Below are positions 47,986 through 57,653 of a stretch of 64,000 bases of DNA, piece by piece. Below the pieces are notes generated by a model, which was given only the letters and a program-made list of their open reading frames with translations, was not told where the DNA came from and searched no databases. The DNA lies in NCBI GenBank assembly GCA_045593065.1, contig JAZNVZ010000007.1, positions 12,071 through 76,070 of the forward strand. The letters run 5' to 3'. A program made the translations under genes and the position numbers. This DNA is from Candidatus Enterousia sp. (GTDB taxonomy: Bacteria > Pseudomonadota > Alphaproteobacteria > Rs-D84). Within the stretch, counting starts at the first letter, position 1, and the number at the start of each line of letters is the position of its first letter.

Positions 47986-48045
47986 ATTGTTCCCTCTGCA
48001 AAGGATTATGACATAAATTATACAAAATTGCAAAATATGTCTTTA

Positions 48046-48075
48046 AAAAAACACCGGCATTTACCGGTGTTTTTT
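48046..48075 (-). terminator. Intrinsic terminator
   Basis: AAAAAAACACCGG-CATTTA-CCGGTGTTTTTT. Confidence 0.75.
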
Positions 48076-48094
48076 ATCGTTTTTTGCAAAATTA

Positions 48095-48421
48095 TTATTT
48101 GTTTTTTTGGCGGGATTCCAACACAGCTTTGGTCACAACACTGCTCGAAATATCACGAATTTTTTGCTTTGGCACAGTATCAAAAAATCTAGTTAATTCT
48201 GGCCACAGACCGATGTTTGCGTGTGTTTCCCTGGACACCCAATACACAGATTCTATGTCATCAGAATCAGTCATATACAAACATGCTAATTTTTCACAAT
48301 ACTGCGTATAACCACGAAACACACATGCACTGCAATTACCGCCGGCCCAACCTGTTGGTACCGCACGCAAATTGCGCACAAACCAAGTTTTTGGACGCGA
48401 AAATTCTGTTTGTTGGGGCAT
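48095..48421 (-). CDS. Hypothetical protein with Cys cluster
   Basis: CSAC..C....C; abuts the upstream gene. Confidence 0.6.
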   Translation of the reverse strand: MPQQTEFSRPKTWFVRNLRAVPTGWAGGNCSACVFRGYTQYCEKLACLYMTDSDDIESVYWVSRETHANIGLWPELTRFFDTVPKQKIRDISSSVVTKAVLESRQKNK

Positions 48422-48422
48422 T

Positions 48423-48839
48423 TTATCTTGTTTTTACCTTGCTGGCCTTGCGCGCTTTGTTTGCAGCGATAATCGCGGCATATCTGGCCTCGCACGCTTG
48501 GACAAGTTTTTGATGATCTGGGGCTTCCAGTTTAAACATGACGTGTTCAACATCGTCCGCTTCGATTGAATACACTCTGTGTAAATTAGAATCAATAGCA
48601 TACTCAACGCGATCCATATCTTCGCCATAATGAATAATGTATTTAAATCTTGGCAGTTTAATACCATATACGGTGGAACTTTTGTCTTTTTTAAATATAC
48701 GCGCTTCGTTTATCTGGTCCAGCAAGTCATTGATATCTGCCGAGTCCGCCAATCTTGGTTCAATCAACATGTGATAATTTTGTTCAACCACCACATCAGC
48801 CAAAGGGGCGTATGAATCTTTCTTTACTCTGCGTACCAT
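48423..48839 (-). CDS. Hypothetical protein
   Basis: SD AAAGGA before MVRR. Confidence 0.65.
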   Translation of the reverse strand: MVRRVKKDSYAPLADVVVEQNYHMLIEPRLADSADINDLLDQINEARIFKKDKSSTVYGIKLPRFKYIIHYGEDMDRVEYAIDSNLHRVYSIEADDVEHVMFKLEAPDHQKLVQACEARYAAIIAANKARKASKVKTR

Positions 48840-48976
48840 TTTCAATCCTTTTATTGCATCGTATGCCACAGCATAGCACAAGTTGCCCGTTTGTCAATCA
48901 ATACTATATAAAAAAACACCGCCCACATTTATTGCCTGGCGCAACGATTGATGGGCGGTATTTTTGATTAAACAGA

Positions 48977-49225
48977 TTATCTGCCTATGCCGGTATTATG
49001 CGGAAACATGTCGGCAAATTCGTCTGCGGATGTGTTTGTTGCACTCAATACCTTGGCGATTGTTTCCATGGACAACCAACGCGGCTGGCCGTATTTGGAT
49101 GCGCGTTTAGATTTGTTAAACGTCGTTGGATCCAGTCCACTGGCGCGGGCCAGACCACTGCATGTCATGTTGTTTTTGCGTGCCAATATTTCGATAGCAT
49201 TCCATAAATCTTCATGGGTAAACAT
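48977..49225 (-). CDS. HTH regulator (N-terminal domain of an alphaproteobacterial S24/LexA-like repressor family)
   Basis: H..LW.AI..LA......SGLAR..GLDPTTFNKSKR....G.PRW.S.E.IAK.L.AT. Confidence 0.8.
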   Translation of the reverse strand: MFTHEDLWNAIEILARKNNMTCSGLARASGLDPTTFNKSKRASKYGQPRWLSMETIAKVLSATNTSADEFADMFPHNTGIGR

Positions 49226-49385
49226 TTCTTCTCCTTTGTGTTTTGCTATCCGTCAACGATAGGTATTTTAACAAATGTTCAGGGATATATTCAATTTGAC
49301 CTAAATCCTAGGAATTTTTTTTACACATATATAATTTTGCATTTGCGTTATCAAAAAAATAATATATAATAAACCCGTTGTTCGT

Positions 49386-49466
49386 AACAAAACCGCAGGT
49401 TTGAAAGACCAGCGGACAAATATGAGTTTAGGATGGGTGGCAGAGCGGTCGAATGCGACGGTCTTG
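49386..49466 (+). pseudogene. Duplicated leader plus 5' half of tRNA-Ser
   Basis: 81-bp near-perfect copy of 49545-49625 ending in the anticodon loop. Confidence 0.85.
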
Positions 49467-49589
49467 CATACGAGTTAGCGAGGCAAACGCCTGTGCCGCC
49501 GAGCGCGAACGAGTGGTGAGCAGCACCGTCAGGTGCGAAAAGCGAACAAAACCGCAGGTTTGAAAGACCGGCGGACAAATATGAGTTTA

Positions 49590-49679
49590 GGATGGGTGGC
49601 AGAGCGGTCGAATGCGACGGTCTTGAAAACCGCTGTGGGGGCAACTCCACCGGGGGTTCGAATCCCTCCCCATCCGCCA
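49590..49679 (+). tRNA. tRNA-Ser(TGA)
   Basis: Acceptor stem GGATGGG/CCCATCC, anticodon TGA, long variable arm, CCA. Confidence 0.95.
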
Positions 49680-49747
49680 TAAATACAAACGCGCCCGATG
49701 GGCGTGTTTTTATTTATCATGCATGGTTGGATTCAAACACACGATAA

Positions 49748-49849
49748 GGGGGTTCGACCCGCAGCAAAAAGGCGGAATAACGCCGGTTCGCCATCAGCGA
49801 ATTTTGCAAGGTGGTGAAGCGAAGCGAAACAATCCCTCCCCATCCGCCA
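49748..49849 (+). pseudogene. Duplicated tRNA-Ser 3' end interrupted in the T-loop
   Basis: GGGGGTTCGA + about 73-bp insert + AATCCCTCCCCATCCGCCA. Confidence 0.8.
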
Positions 49850-50127
49850 GGAAAATTAAATCGGCATGGTGCCGATTTAATTTTTATCGTATATGGCACT
49901 GGGGTTGAACACTGGGCCACAACCTGGCGTGCGTTATTGTATAAATCTATGATTTCTGGCATGGCATCCTTTTTTTTATAAACGGCAAATCAAAATTATG
50001 TAAATTCAAGGATTTTTGTCCAATTACGCACGTTTTTTCGGTCACCATTTTAGCCCCATAAAAAACTTGACATTTTTTATTTTTGTATTATATTAGTACC
50101 AAAATAACAATATTCAGGAGAACAGAA

Positions 50128-51510
50128 ATGCCTAGAAAACCAAAAACAGACAAACAGATGGCCACAGAAAAAGCCATCAATAAAAACTATACGTATGCAG
50201 AGATTATTGACGTAATATCTCTGGATGTTGTGCACAGTTTAAATAGTGATGCAGCAATTAAAATATTAACAAATGATATCAATATTATTCAAGAATTGAT
50301 GACACGCGATACTAAAAACACTGCCAATAATTTAAAATGTTTATATGCTTTGCATGCGCTTATGTTGCCACTGGCACCGGCATCTGTTAATCGTCAAGAT
50401 GTTTTACACAATATGATTGGCGGGAATCGCAAGGCATTACAACAGTTAATTGCAGATGCATTAAAACAACCTAGACCAGATGAAAAACTCTTAAAAAGAA
50501 CGATTGAAAAACGCTCTGGGGAACCTGATTCTGCAATCAAAGAATACATGATAAAATCAGCGAATATAATACTGGAAATTTTGCCTTGCTGGGACGAAAT
50601 ACACCAAGAGTTATTAAATTGGGCAGATGCAGTTGTCAATTACCAACCAACCCGTGATTCAAATGAATCAAGCCAAGGTATAACAAACGAAACAGAAAAC
50701 TGGAAACTTGTCGATGACAAATTAGCACAAGATTTTGGTTACGAAACAAAAGCAGAGTTTCGTCACAGAAAAAATAAATTAATAGAACGAATAAATCACC
50801 ACAACAAACAAAAAGCCGATGAAATAAAATCCTGGTTTAGAGTAAAAAACCTGGGCAATCATGAAGGATATGTTACCTATTTCAACATGGCGCATTTTGA
50901 TGATTTAAAAAAGGAATTATTATCTGCGGCCCCAATACAAATACCAGAAAACTGGAAACCTGTTAATGACGAATTAGCACAAGAGTTTGGTTACAAGACA
51001 AAAAAAAGCTTTGTTAAAGCAAAAGAGAATTTATTAAACAGAAGATATAAAAACACAAAAAAAGCCGATGAAATAAAATCGTGGTTTAGAGTAAAAAACC
51101 TGGGCAATCATGAAGGATGTGTTACCTATTTCAACATGGCGCATTTTGACGAGTTCAAGGCATTATTGCAAAATAAATCAAACACTATGCCAAAGGTTGA
51201 AACAGTCAAAGTGGCCAGCAAACAAAAACAGGCATCTGGCAAACAAAATTTAACAGACGCCAAAGTATTAGAGGCAGTTGCCACAACACTGTCGAAAGCA
51301 GACAGCAAACTGGCCACAAAACAAACCGAGTTAAACCAAGCACAAGCCGAATTTAACGCCGCAAAAGAAAAAGTGGCACAAAAACAAAAAGAAGTTGACG
51401 AAGCCAAAGCTGAACGCGATGTTGCAAAAAGCAAATTCGATAAAGCCAAGGAAGTCAGCAAAACAAACCGCCAAATGGTTATTGAATGGCAATCAACAAT
51501 GAGTATGTAA
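50128..51510 (+). CDS. Hypothetical protein with duplicated ~80-aa domain and coiled-coil tail
   Basis: Two copies of ENWK.V.D.LAQ.FGY.TK..F...KADEIKSWFRVKNLGNHEG.VTYFNMAHFD; SD CAGGAG. Confidence 0.75.
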   Translation: MPRKPKTDKQMATEKAINKNYTYAEIIDVISLDVVHSLNSDAAIKILTNDINIIQELMTRDTKNTANNLKCLYALHALMLPLAPASVNRQDVLHNMIGGNRKALQQLIADALKQPRPDEKLLKRTIEKRSGEPDSAIKEYMIKSANIILEILPCWDEIHQELLNWADAVVNYQPTRDSNESSQGITNETENWKLVDDKLAQDFGYETKAEFRHRKNKLIERINHHNKQKADEIKSWFRVKNLGNHEGYVTYFNMAHFDDLKKELLSAAPIQIPENWKPVNDELAQEFGYKTKKSFVKAKENLLNRRYKNTKKADEIKSWFRVKNLGNHEGCVTYFNMAHFDEFKALLQNKSNTMPKVETVKVASKQKQASGKQNLTDAKVLEAVATTLSKADSKLATKQTELNQAQAEFNAAKEKVAQKQKEVDEAKAERDVAKSKFDKAKEVSKTNRQMVIEWQSTMSM

Positions 51511-51526
51511 TGAAAAAACTCTGATA

Positions 51527-51551
51527 AAAACCGTGCAAATGCACGGTTTTT
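51527..51551. terminator. Bidirectional terminator
   Basis: AAAACCGTGC-AAAT-GCACGGTTTT. Confidence 0.8.
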
Positions 51552-52779
51552 ATTTATCGTATTTTTTAAATATCAATGATGTGTTGATGCCGCCGAACGC
51601 AAAATTATTACTCATCACATATTCTGTGTTTATTTCACGCCCCTGCCCCATTATGTAATCCAGGTTGCCACAATTTTCGTCCACATTGTTCAAATTCAAT
51701 GTCGGCGCAAACCACCCGTCATTCATCATATTAATAGAACAAATCGCCTCAATCGCACCACATGCGCCCAGGGTATGCCCCATATAACTTTTCAAACTGC
51801 TGGCGGGAACATGGCCCAACACAGATTCTGTGGCGGTAGATTCTGCAATATCGCCGTTGGTTGTCCCGGTGCCATGCAAATTCACATAACCAATTTTGTC
51901 TGCGGACAGTCCAGCGTCCGCCAATGACAATTCCAAACATTTAGCCATTGTGGTTTTATTTGGCTGGGTTGCGTGCATGCCGTCTGTATTTGTGCCAAAG
52001 CCAACAATTTCAGCATATATTTTTGCGCCGCGGTTTACCGCGTGTTCATATTCTTCCAGTACCAATGTCCCAGCACCAGAACCAATAACCAATCCATCGC
52101 GCGCAACATCAAATGGCGATGGCGACAATTCAGGCGTATCGTTTTTTACACTGGTTGCATACAATGTATCAAACACAGCAACCTGGGCAACATCAAATTC
52201 TTCGGCACCACCAGCAATCATAATGTCTTGGGCGCCGTGTTTAATTGCCTCGTACGCATAGCCGATTGCCAAACTGCCAGATGTACATGCGGTACCACTG
52301 GGGATAATGCGACCAACGGTTTTGAAAAACAGTGATACATTTACCGCAGTTGTTTGTGGCATCAATTTCAAATATGAAAAAGATGTTAAATCGCCAACCG
52401 CATGTGTTTGCTGAATTGAAAAGAAATCTGCCAATGCGCCTGTTGAACCAAACGATGAACCATACGCAACACCCGTACGCCCAGATGTTAACACCGGAGA
52501 CCCCGTCAATCCCGCATCCCGCACAGCGTTTTCTGCCGTCCATACAGCCATAATCGACACAGGTCCCATTGTGCGTAAAACCTTGCGCGTGTAGTGTTCT
52601 GGCAATTCAAAATCAATCGCAGGTGCCGCCAAATTCGTATTCAATCCGCGAATGTCGCGCAATGCGTCCATTGTGTGCACAGCATTTTTATATACACGCA
52701 AACGCGCCGATACATCCAATGGGGTATTACCCAAAGAACTGTTTATCCCCATCCCAGTAATAACAACACGCCGCATCAT
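51550..52779 (-). CDS. Beta-ketoacyl-ACP synthase (ApeR/FabF-like)
   Basis: TACTSG, HGTGT, KSYMGHTLGA, NNFAFGG. Confidence 0.9.
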   Translation of the reverse strand: MMRRVVITGMGINSSLGNTPLDVSARLRVYKNAVHTMDALRDIRGLNTNLAAPAIDFELPEHYTRKVLRTMGPVSIMAVWTAENAVRDAGLTGSPVLTSGRTGVAYGSSFGSTGALADFFSIQQTHAVGDLTSFSYLKLMPQTTAVNVSLFFKTVGRIIPSGTACTSGSLAIGYAYEAIKHGAQDIMIAGGAEEFDVAQVAVFDTLYATSVKNDTPELSPSPFDVARDGLVIGSGAGTLVLEEYEHAVNRGAKIYAEIVGFGTNTDGMHATQPNKTTMAKCLELSLADAGLSADKIGYVNLHGTGTTNGDIAESTATESVLGHVPASSLKSYMGHTLGACGAIEAICSINMMNDGWFAPTLNLNNVDENCGNLDYIMGQGREINTEYVMSNNFAFGGINTSLIFKKYDK

Positions 52780-53501
52780 GCCAATCCCCCGTTTACAGAA
52801 ATAACCTGGCGCGTGATGTATGCAGCATCGTCAGTCAATAAATATGCAACCAAACTGGCAACCTCGGTCGTTTTACCAAATCGCCGCATTGGGATTGCAT
52901 CAATTACCATGTCTGTGGGCAATTCTGCCGTCATATCTGTTTCAATTACCCCAGGCGCAATCGCGTTTACGGTAATATTGCGTTTTGCCAATTCAGTCGC
53001 CAAAGATTTTACAAATCCAATAATTCCTGCCTTGGACGCGGCGTAATTTGTTTGACCACGATTGCCAATAACCCCAGATACAGATGAAATCGCAATAATA
53101 CGCCCGCCAGCGCGCGCAGATATCATCGGCATAACACATGGTTGCAATGTATTATAAATTCCGTCCAAATTTGTGTGAATCACCCTGTCCCACATATCGC
53201 CGTCCAGCGCAGGAAATGGCGCATCTGCCGCCACGCCAGCATTACACACAATTCCCCAATACGCACCGTTTTCAGCAATGTCTGCCGCAATTACATCGCG
53301 GGTTTGTTCACGATTTGAAATATCAAATGATAATATGCGTCCATTGCCACCCGCCGCACGCACCGCCGCCAAAACATCGTCCGCAGCATTTTGGTTTTTA
53401 TTGTAATGCAACACCAGTTCATAACCCAATGGTGCCAAATACAATGCGATTGCACGACCAATACCACGACTGGCCCCGGTGATAAGAATTCTTTTATTCA
53501 T
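52776..53501 (-). CDS. fabG: 3-oxoacyl-ACP reductase (ApeQ/FabG-like)
   Basis: TGASRGIG, NAG, YAASK, YITRQVISVNGG. Confidence 0.9.
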   Translation of the reverse strand: MNKRILITGASRGIGRAIALYLAPLGYELVLHYNKNQNAADDVLAAVRAAGGNGRILSFDISNREQTRDVIAADIAENGAYWGIVCNAGVAADAPFPALDGDMWDRVIHTNLDGIYNTLQPCVMPMISARAGGRIIAISSVSGVIGNRGQTNYAASKAGIIGFVKSLATELAKRNITVNAIAPGVIETDMTAELPTDMVIDAIPMRRFGKTTEVASLVAYLLTDDAAYITRQVISVNGGLA

Positions 53502-53964
53502 GTCGTTCGTCCATAAATTTTTGTATATCGTCTGGGCGGAAAACATTTACCGCCCCAGATGCGACAATTTGTTTATCTGGATTGTATATTTGGCATTCGA
53601 AATTTGCAATATTTTTATCACAAAACGAAGATACGATATCTATGTAATAACTGTGCCCCGCCAGATACACCGGTGTCGACACAGACAATTTTCGCGAACC
53701 CAACACAAATCCAATCACGGGTTTTGTATCTGGCGCAGTTGCTAAATCATTCGCACCGATAAAACACGCAATCGCCTGGGCCATGTATTCCAATGTTACC
53801 CAAGACGGTACGCCACCTAAATTCGCATCATACATCAAATCGTCAGTCGACACATCAACCCGCGCCAACAGAGTTTGTTTTTCTAAATCAATAGATTCTA
53901 TCGCCGTTATCAGTTGCATCGGCGGACGTTGTGGTATTAAATCAGATATCGTATATTTTTCCAT
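53494..53964 (-). CDS. Hotdog-fold dehydratase subunit (ApeP-like)
   Basis: LIPQR.PM, LEYMAQ, GF.LG.RK. Confidence 0.85.
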   Translation of the reverse strand: MEKYTISDLIPQRPPMQLITAIESIDLEKQTLLARVDVSTDDLMYDANLGGVPSWVTLEYMAQAIACFIGANDLATAPDTKPVIGFVLGSRKLSVSTPVYLAGHSYYIDIVSSFCDKNIANFECQIYNPDKQIVASGAVNVFRPDDIQKFMDERHE

Positions 53965-53966
53965 AT

Positions 53967-55103
53967 TTACCGTCCAATTATTATACTTGAATTACTGCCC
54001 CCAAAGGCAAAGGCATTACACAAAATATTTTTCACATTTGTGATTTCATTTCGTTTACATAAACGCACAGGCGCACAATCGTCTGCAATTACACCGTCAA
54101 ATACATGCGGTATTACAAAATTATGATTTAACATTAACCAAGCGAGTGCCACCGAACATGCGCCTGCCGCCCCCAGGCAATGCCCTGTCAAAGGTTTGGT
54201 TGATGCGCACAATGGTTTATCGCCAAACACATCATAAATTGCATGACTTTCCATTGCATCATTTGCGATTGTGCCTGTGCCGTGCATGTTTATATAATCT
54301 ATGTCCGCCAGGGTCAATCCCGCATCCGTCAACGCATCGCGCATAGATTGTTTTGCGCCATCGCCAGTTGGGTCTGGGGCGGTTGGATGATATGCGTCTG
54401 TGGTTTCGCCAAATCCCAATACGCGCACCCCATTATCACCACGGCGCATGATAAACAATGCCGCGCCTTCGCCCAGGTTTATTCCATCACGATTTTTTGA
54501 CATTGGATTTGTTAATTTGTGAGACAATGCCTCTAACGCATTAAAACCATTTAGAGCAAAATCACAACGCGCATCCACACCCCCACACAAAACCGCATCG
54601 CAAATATCATTTTTAATTAAATCACGCGCCGCATCCAATGCCTTGATACCAGACGAACAGGCGGTCGATATTGTAAAACAAGGCCCACCAAATCCAATAC
54701 GCGATTTAATGTATGCGGCGGGCGTTCCCAATTCCAACATTGAAATAGAAAAACCGTCCGGCATTTCACCTGATTGAAATTTTTGCGACAAGAGTTTTTG
54801 TGCCTCGTGTACGGCGGTATTACTGGCCCCGATGACGATACCCAAACGATATAGTTGGTATTTAGTTTTCAAATTTTCTATATCTGGCAAAATTTGGTTT
54901 ATTGCCGCATCTATTAAATCACAGAACCGCACATTTTGTGTTGTTGCGATTGGCGCCATACCAAACGGCACATTATCGCCACCAACCGCCACGCATTCGC
55001 GCAACATGCCATCCGTTGCGCCACGGCGCGCATTTTCGACAATGTCTGCATGTGTCACCCCCAGCGCACACACAAAACCAAGATTTTCCAATACCGTATT
55101 CAT
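53967..55103 (-). CDS. Beta-ketoacyl-ACP synthase (ApeO-like)
   Basis: ISTACSSG, RDGINLGEGAA, HGTGT..ND..E, TGHCLGAAG, AFGG. Confidence 0.9.
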   Translation of the reverse strand: MNTVLENLGFVCALGVTHADIVENARRGATDGMLRECVAVGGDNVPFGMAPIATTQNVRFCDLIDAAINQILPDIENLKTKYQLYRLGIVIGASNTAVHEAQKLLSQKFQSGEMPDGFSISMLELGTPAAYIKSRIGFGGPCFTISTACSSGIKALDAARDLIKNDICDAVLCGGVDARCDFALNGFNALEALSHKLTNPMSKNRDGINLGEGAALFIMRRGDNGVRVLGFGETTDAYHPTAPDPTGDGAKQSMRDALTDAGLTLADIDYINMHGTGTIANDAMESHAIYDVFGDKPLCASTKPLTGHCLGAAGACSVALAWLMLNHNFVIPHVFDGVIADDCAPVRLCKRNEITNVKNILCNAFAFGGSNSSIIIGR

Positions 55104-55181
55104 ACTTGCAAAGACCATGTATTCCTATTATACTTGCCGTATAAGTATTGTATAAACAAAGCCATTTTGCAAGTATGAATA
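55097..55181. repeat. Perfect 16-bp inverted repeat containing both divergent start codons
   Basis: TATTCATACTTGCAAA (55097-55112) and TTTGCAAGTATGAATA (55166-55181). Confidence 0.9.
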
Positions 55182-55795
55182 ACGGATTAGAACGGTTTAT
55201 TATATGGCGCGCGACTGACAATGAAAAATTGCCAGATGTATCGTTTATTCCGCCTATGGCGCGCCGCCGCATGACAGATTTGCAAAAAATCACGATTGGA
55301 TTGGCAACGGCGATTGCGCCCAGCAAACCTGATTATAACATTATATTCGCATCACAATTTGGCGAATGGCAACAAACAATAAAACTGATTGAACAATTTG
55401 CCAGGGACGGCGAAATGTCGCCCGCAGGATTCAGTAATTCTGTACATAACGCGGCGGCAGGTGCATTGGCGATTTTGGCAAAAAACAAAAATTCCTATAC
55501 ATCTATTGCCGCAGGCGAACGCACATTGGAAAACGCGATTTTGACCGCTATCGCCGCAAAAAAACCAACCATGGTTATTTATGCGGACGAACAATCGCCT
55601 GATGTATATAATGACTATCTATCTGCGCCTGCGGGGGCGCATGGCATGGCATTTATGTTGGATAAAAATGCCGAACGCAAATTCACATGGACGCCAAATA
55701 ACACAGAATTGCCACCATTGACATTCGACAGGTTCGCAGAATTTTTAAGTCGCGGTGGCGACATTGCTACATCTATATGGGAAATAACGGAATAA
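55175..55795 (+). CDS. Ketosynthase chain-length factor (ApeC-like)
   Basis: P....IPPM.RRR, FAS..GE, SP..FS.SVHNA. Confidence 0.88.
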   Translation: MNNGLERFIIWRATDNEKLPDVSFIPPMARRRMTDLQKITIGLATAIAPSKPDYNIIFASQFGEWQQTIKLIEQFARDGEMSPAGFSNSVHNAAAGALAILAKNKNSYTSIAAGERTLENAILTAIAAKKPTMVIYADEQSPDVYNDYLSAPAGAHGMAFMLDKNAERKFTWTPNNTELPPLTFDRFAEFLSRGGDIATSIWEITE

Positions 55796-55797
55796 CA

Positions 55798-56538
55798 ATG
55801 CGCATTATTCGTAGTTTTCTTTGCATGTTATGTTTTGTGATATTCGGCATTGGGGCATTGGGGTTGGGCGGACTGATTTTCCCGATATTTTTACTGGTTT
55901 CGCGCAACAAATCACGCCAACGCAAATTGTTGGCAAAATCTGTACATGTTTCTTGGCGCGGATTTGTATGGCTGATGACGGCAATGCGACTAATATCTGT
56001 TAAATGCAGTGATAAAAAACGACTGCGCAATTTACATGGGCATATTGTTGTTGCAAATCATCCGTCATTGATTGATGTCGTGATTTTAATATCACTGATT
56101 CCAGATTGCGTATGCGTTGTGAAACAGAGTTTGTTTAACAATTTCTGGGTCAAATGGGTTATTCGCAAAATATATTTGAACAGCGATATGCCAGCAGATG
56201 AATTTATCAAACGCGGCACAGATTTTTTGCAAAATGGATATAACATCGTTATTTTTCCCGAAGGTACACGCACCGTTGCCAATCGTAAAATCAGGTTGCA
56301 CCGCGGATTTGCATATTTGCATATTGAATCCAAATGCCCAATATTGCCAATTCACATAGAAAACAACCCGCCAATTTTGGGCAAAAAACAACCTTGGTAT
56401 GATGTTGGAACAAAAACATCTGTGTATACAATTACATTAACCCCAGATGTTGAATTTATGTCCCGTGCTGACCACAATATTCGTGATACCGCCCTGGATA
56501 TAACAAAACAAATTTCTGGGGCAATATTTAACGCATAA
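55798..56538 (+). CDS. Lysophospholipid acyltransferase (ApeD-like)
   Basis: ANHPSLID, FPEGTR. Confidence 0.9.
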   Translation: MRIIRSFLCMLCFVIFGIGALGLGGLIFPIFLLVSRNKSRQRKLLAKSVHVSWRGFVWLMTAMRLISVKCSDKKRLRNLHGHIVVANHPSLIDVVILISLIPDCVCVVKQSLFNNFWVKWVIRKIYLNSDMPADEFIKRGTDFLQNGYNIVIFPEGTRTVANRKIRLHRGFAYLHIESKCPILPIHIENNPPILGKKQPWYDVGTKTSVYTITLTPDVEFMSRADHNIRDTALDITKQISGAIFNA

Positions 56539-56605
56539 AAACTTGACATGCGGCCTTTGTTTTCCTATTCTGGGGGTATTCAACTTTAACCATTGGAAAA
56601 AAATC

Positions 56606-56881
56606 ATGAAACGCGAAAATTTAGAACAAGAAATCAAAGAACTGATTGTTTCTGCCCTGGATTTAGAAGATATTCAACCCGCTGATATTGCAACTGATGC
56701 ACCGTTGTTCGGTGATGGGTTGGGATTGGATTCTATTGATGCATTGGAATTGGGCATGGCATTGAAAAAACGTTATGGCGCTGTATTTTCTGCCGACAAA
56801 GAAGCAAACAAAGAATATTTTAAATCTGTTGCGGCATTGGCTGATTATATCGCAACATCAACAGGTATGAATTTGGAGTAA
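56606..56881 (+). CDS. Acyl carrier protein (ApeE-like)
   Basis: LFGDGLGLDSIDALELG. Confidence 0.92.
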   Translation: MKRENLEQEIKELIVSALDLEDIQPADIATDAPLFGDGLGLDSIDALELGMALKKRYGAVFSADKEANKEYFKSVAALADYIATSTGMNLE

Positions 56882-56887
56882 AAAATT

Positions 56888-57142
56888 ATGTATACAAAGC
56901 AAGAAATTTTTGAACATGTTGTTAAAATTTTAGTCAGCGATTTTGGATGTAATGCAGACAATTTGAAAATGGAAACCAAATTGGTTGATGATTTAGATTT
57001 AGACAGCATTGATGCCGTTGATTTAATCGTCCGCCTGCAAAAGGTTATCAATGTGCGCGTTAATCCCGAAGATTTCAAACAAATAACAACCTTGCAGGAT
57101 GTTGTCGATGCGATTGAAAAAATTGTTAATTCAGGCAACTAA
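56888..57142 (+). CDS. Acyl carrier protein (ApeF-like)
   Basis: DLDLDSIDAVDL. Confidence 0.92.
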   Translation: MYTKQEIFEHVVKILVSDFGCNADNLKMETKLVDDLDLDSIDAVDLIVRLQKVINVRVNPEDFKQITTLQDVVDAIEKIVNSGN

Positions 57143-57653
57143 AATTCTGGGGACTGTCGTTGCAATAATTTATCCGTTTGCTGTGTTTGCCGCGCTGCAC
57201 AATGGTTTGTCTGTGCGTTTTATTGGATTGGCACTGGTTGCGGTGGTTTTAATCGGTATGGCACGACACAAAAATTTATGGTTGGGGCTGTGCGGAATTG
57301 CATTGGCCGCGATTGCATTTTTTTCAAATCAAAAAATATTTTTGAAACTGTATCCTGTGTTGATGAATTTTGGAATTTGTTTGGTGTTTGCATTATCTTT
57401 GACAACAAAACCCATCGTTCAACGCATTGCTGAAAAAATGAAATATAGTATGACAAGTGATGCAAAACAATATGCGCGCCGTGCCACAGTTGCATGGGCA
57501 ATTTTTATGGGCGCAAATACAATTATTTCTTTGGCAACTGTGTTTATGAATGATGCAGTTTGGGTGTGGTATAATGGATTGATTTCTTATTGTTTTATTG
57601 GAATCATGATGGGCGCAGAATATTTAATACGAAAAAGGGTTGCACATGTCTAG
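57108..57653 (+). CDS. Membrane protein (ApeG/COG4648-like)
   Basis: YP, LYPV.., Y.R..T..W..F...N, W.WYNG.ISY. Confidence 0.8.
   Translation: MRLKKLLIQATKILGTVVAIIYPFAVFAALHNGLSVRFIGLALVAVVLIGMARHKNLWLGLCGIALAAIAFFSNQKIFLKLYPVLMNFGICLVFALSLTTKPIVQRIAEKMKYSMTSDAKQYARRATVAWAIFMGANTIISLATVFMNDAVWVWYNGLISYCFIGIMMGAEYLIRKRVAHV

Noticed and set aside
44700-48000. Classical integron with attC sites
   Set aside because: No intI, the repeats lack attC palindromic R/L boxes, and the cassettes carry their own promoters.
49351-49962. ORFs overlapping tRNA-Ser and its copies
   Set aside because: Antisense readings of tRNA-derived sequence.
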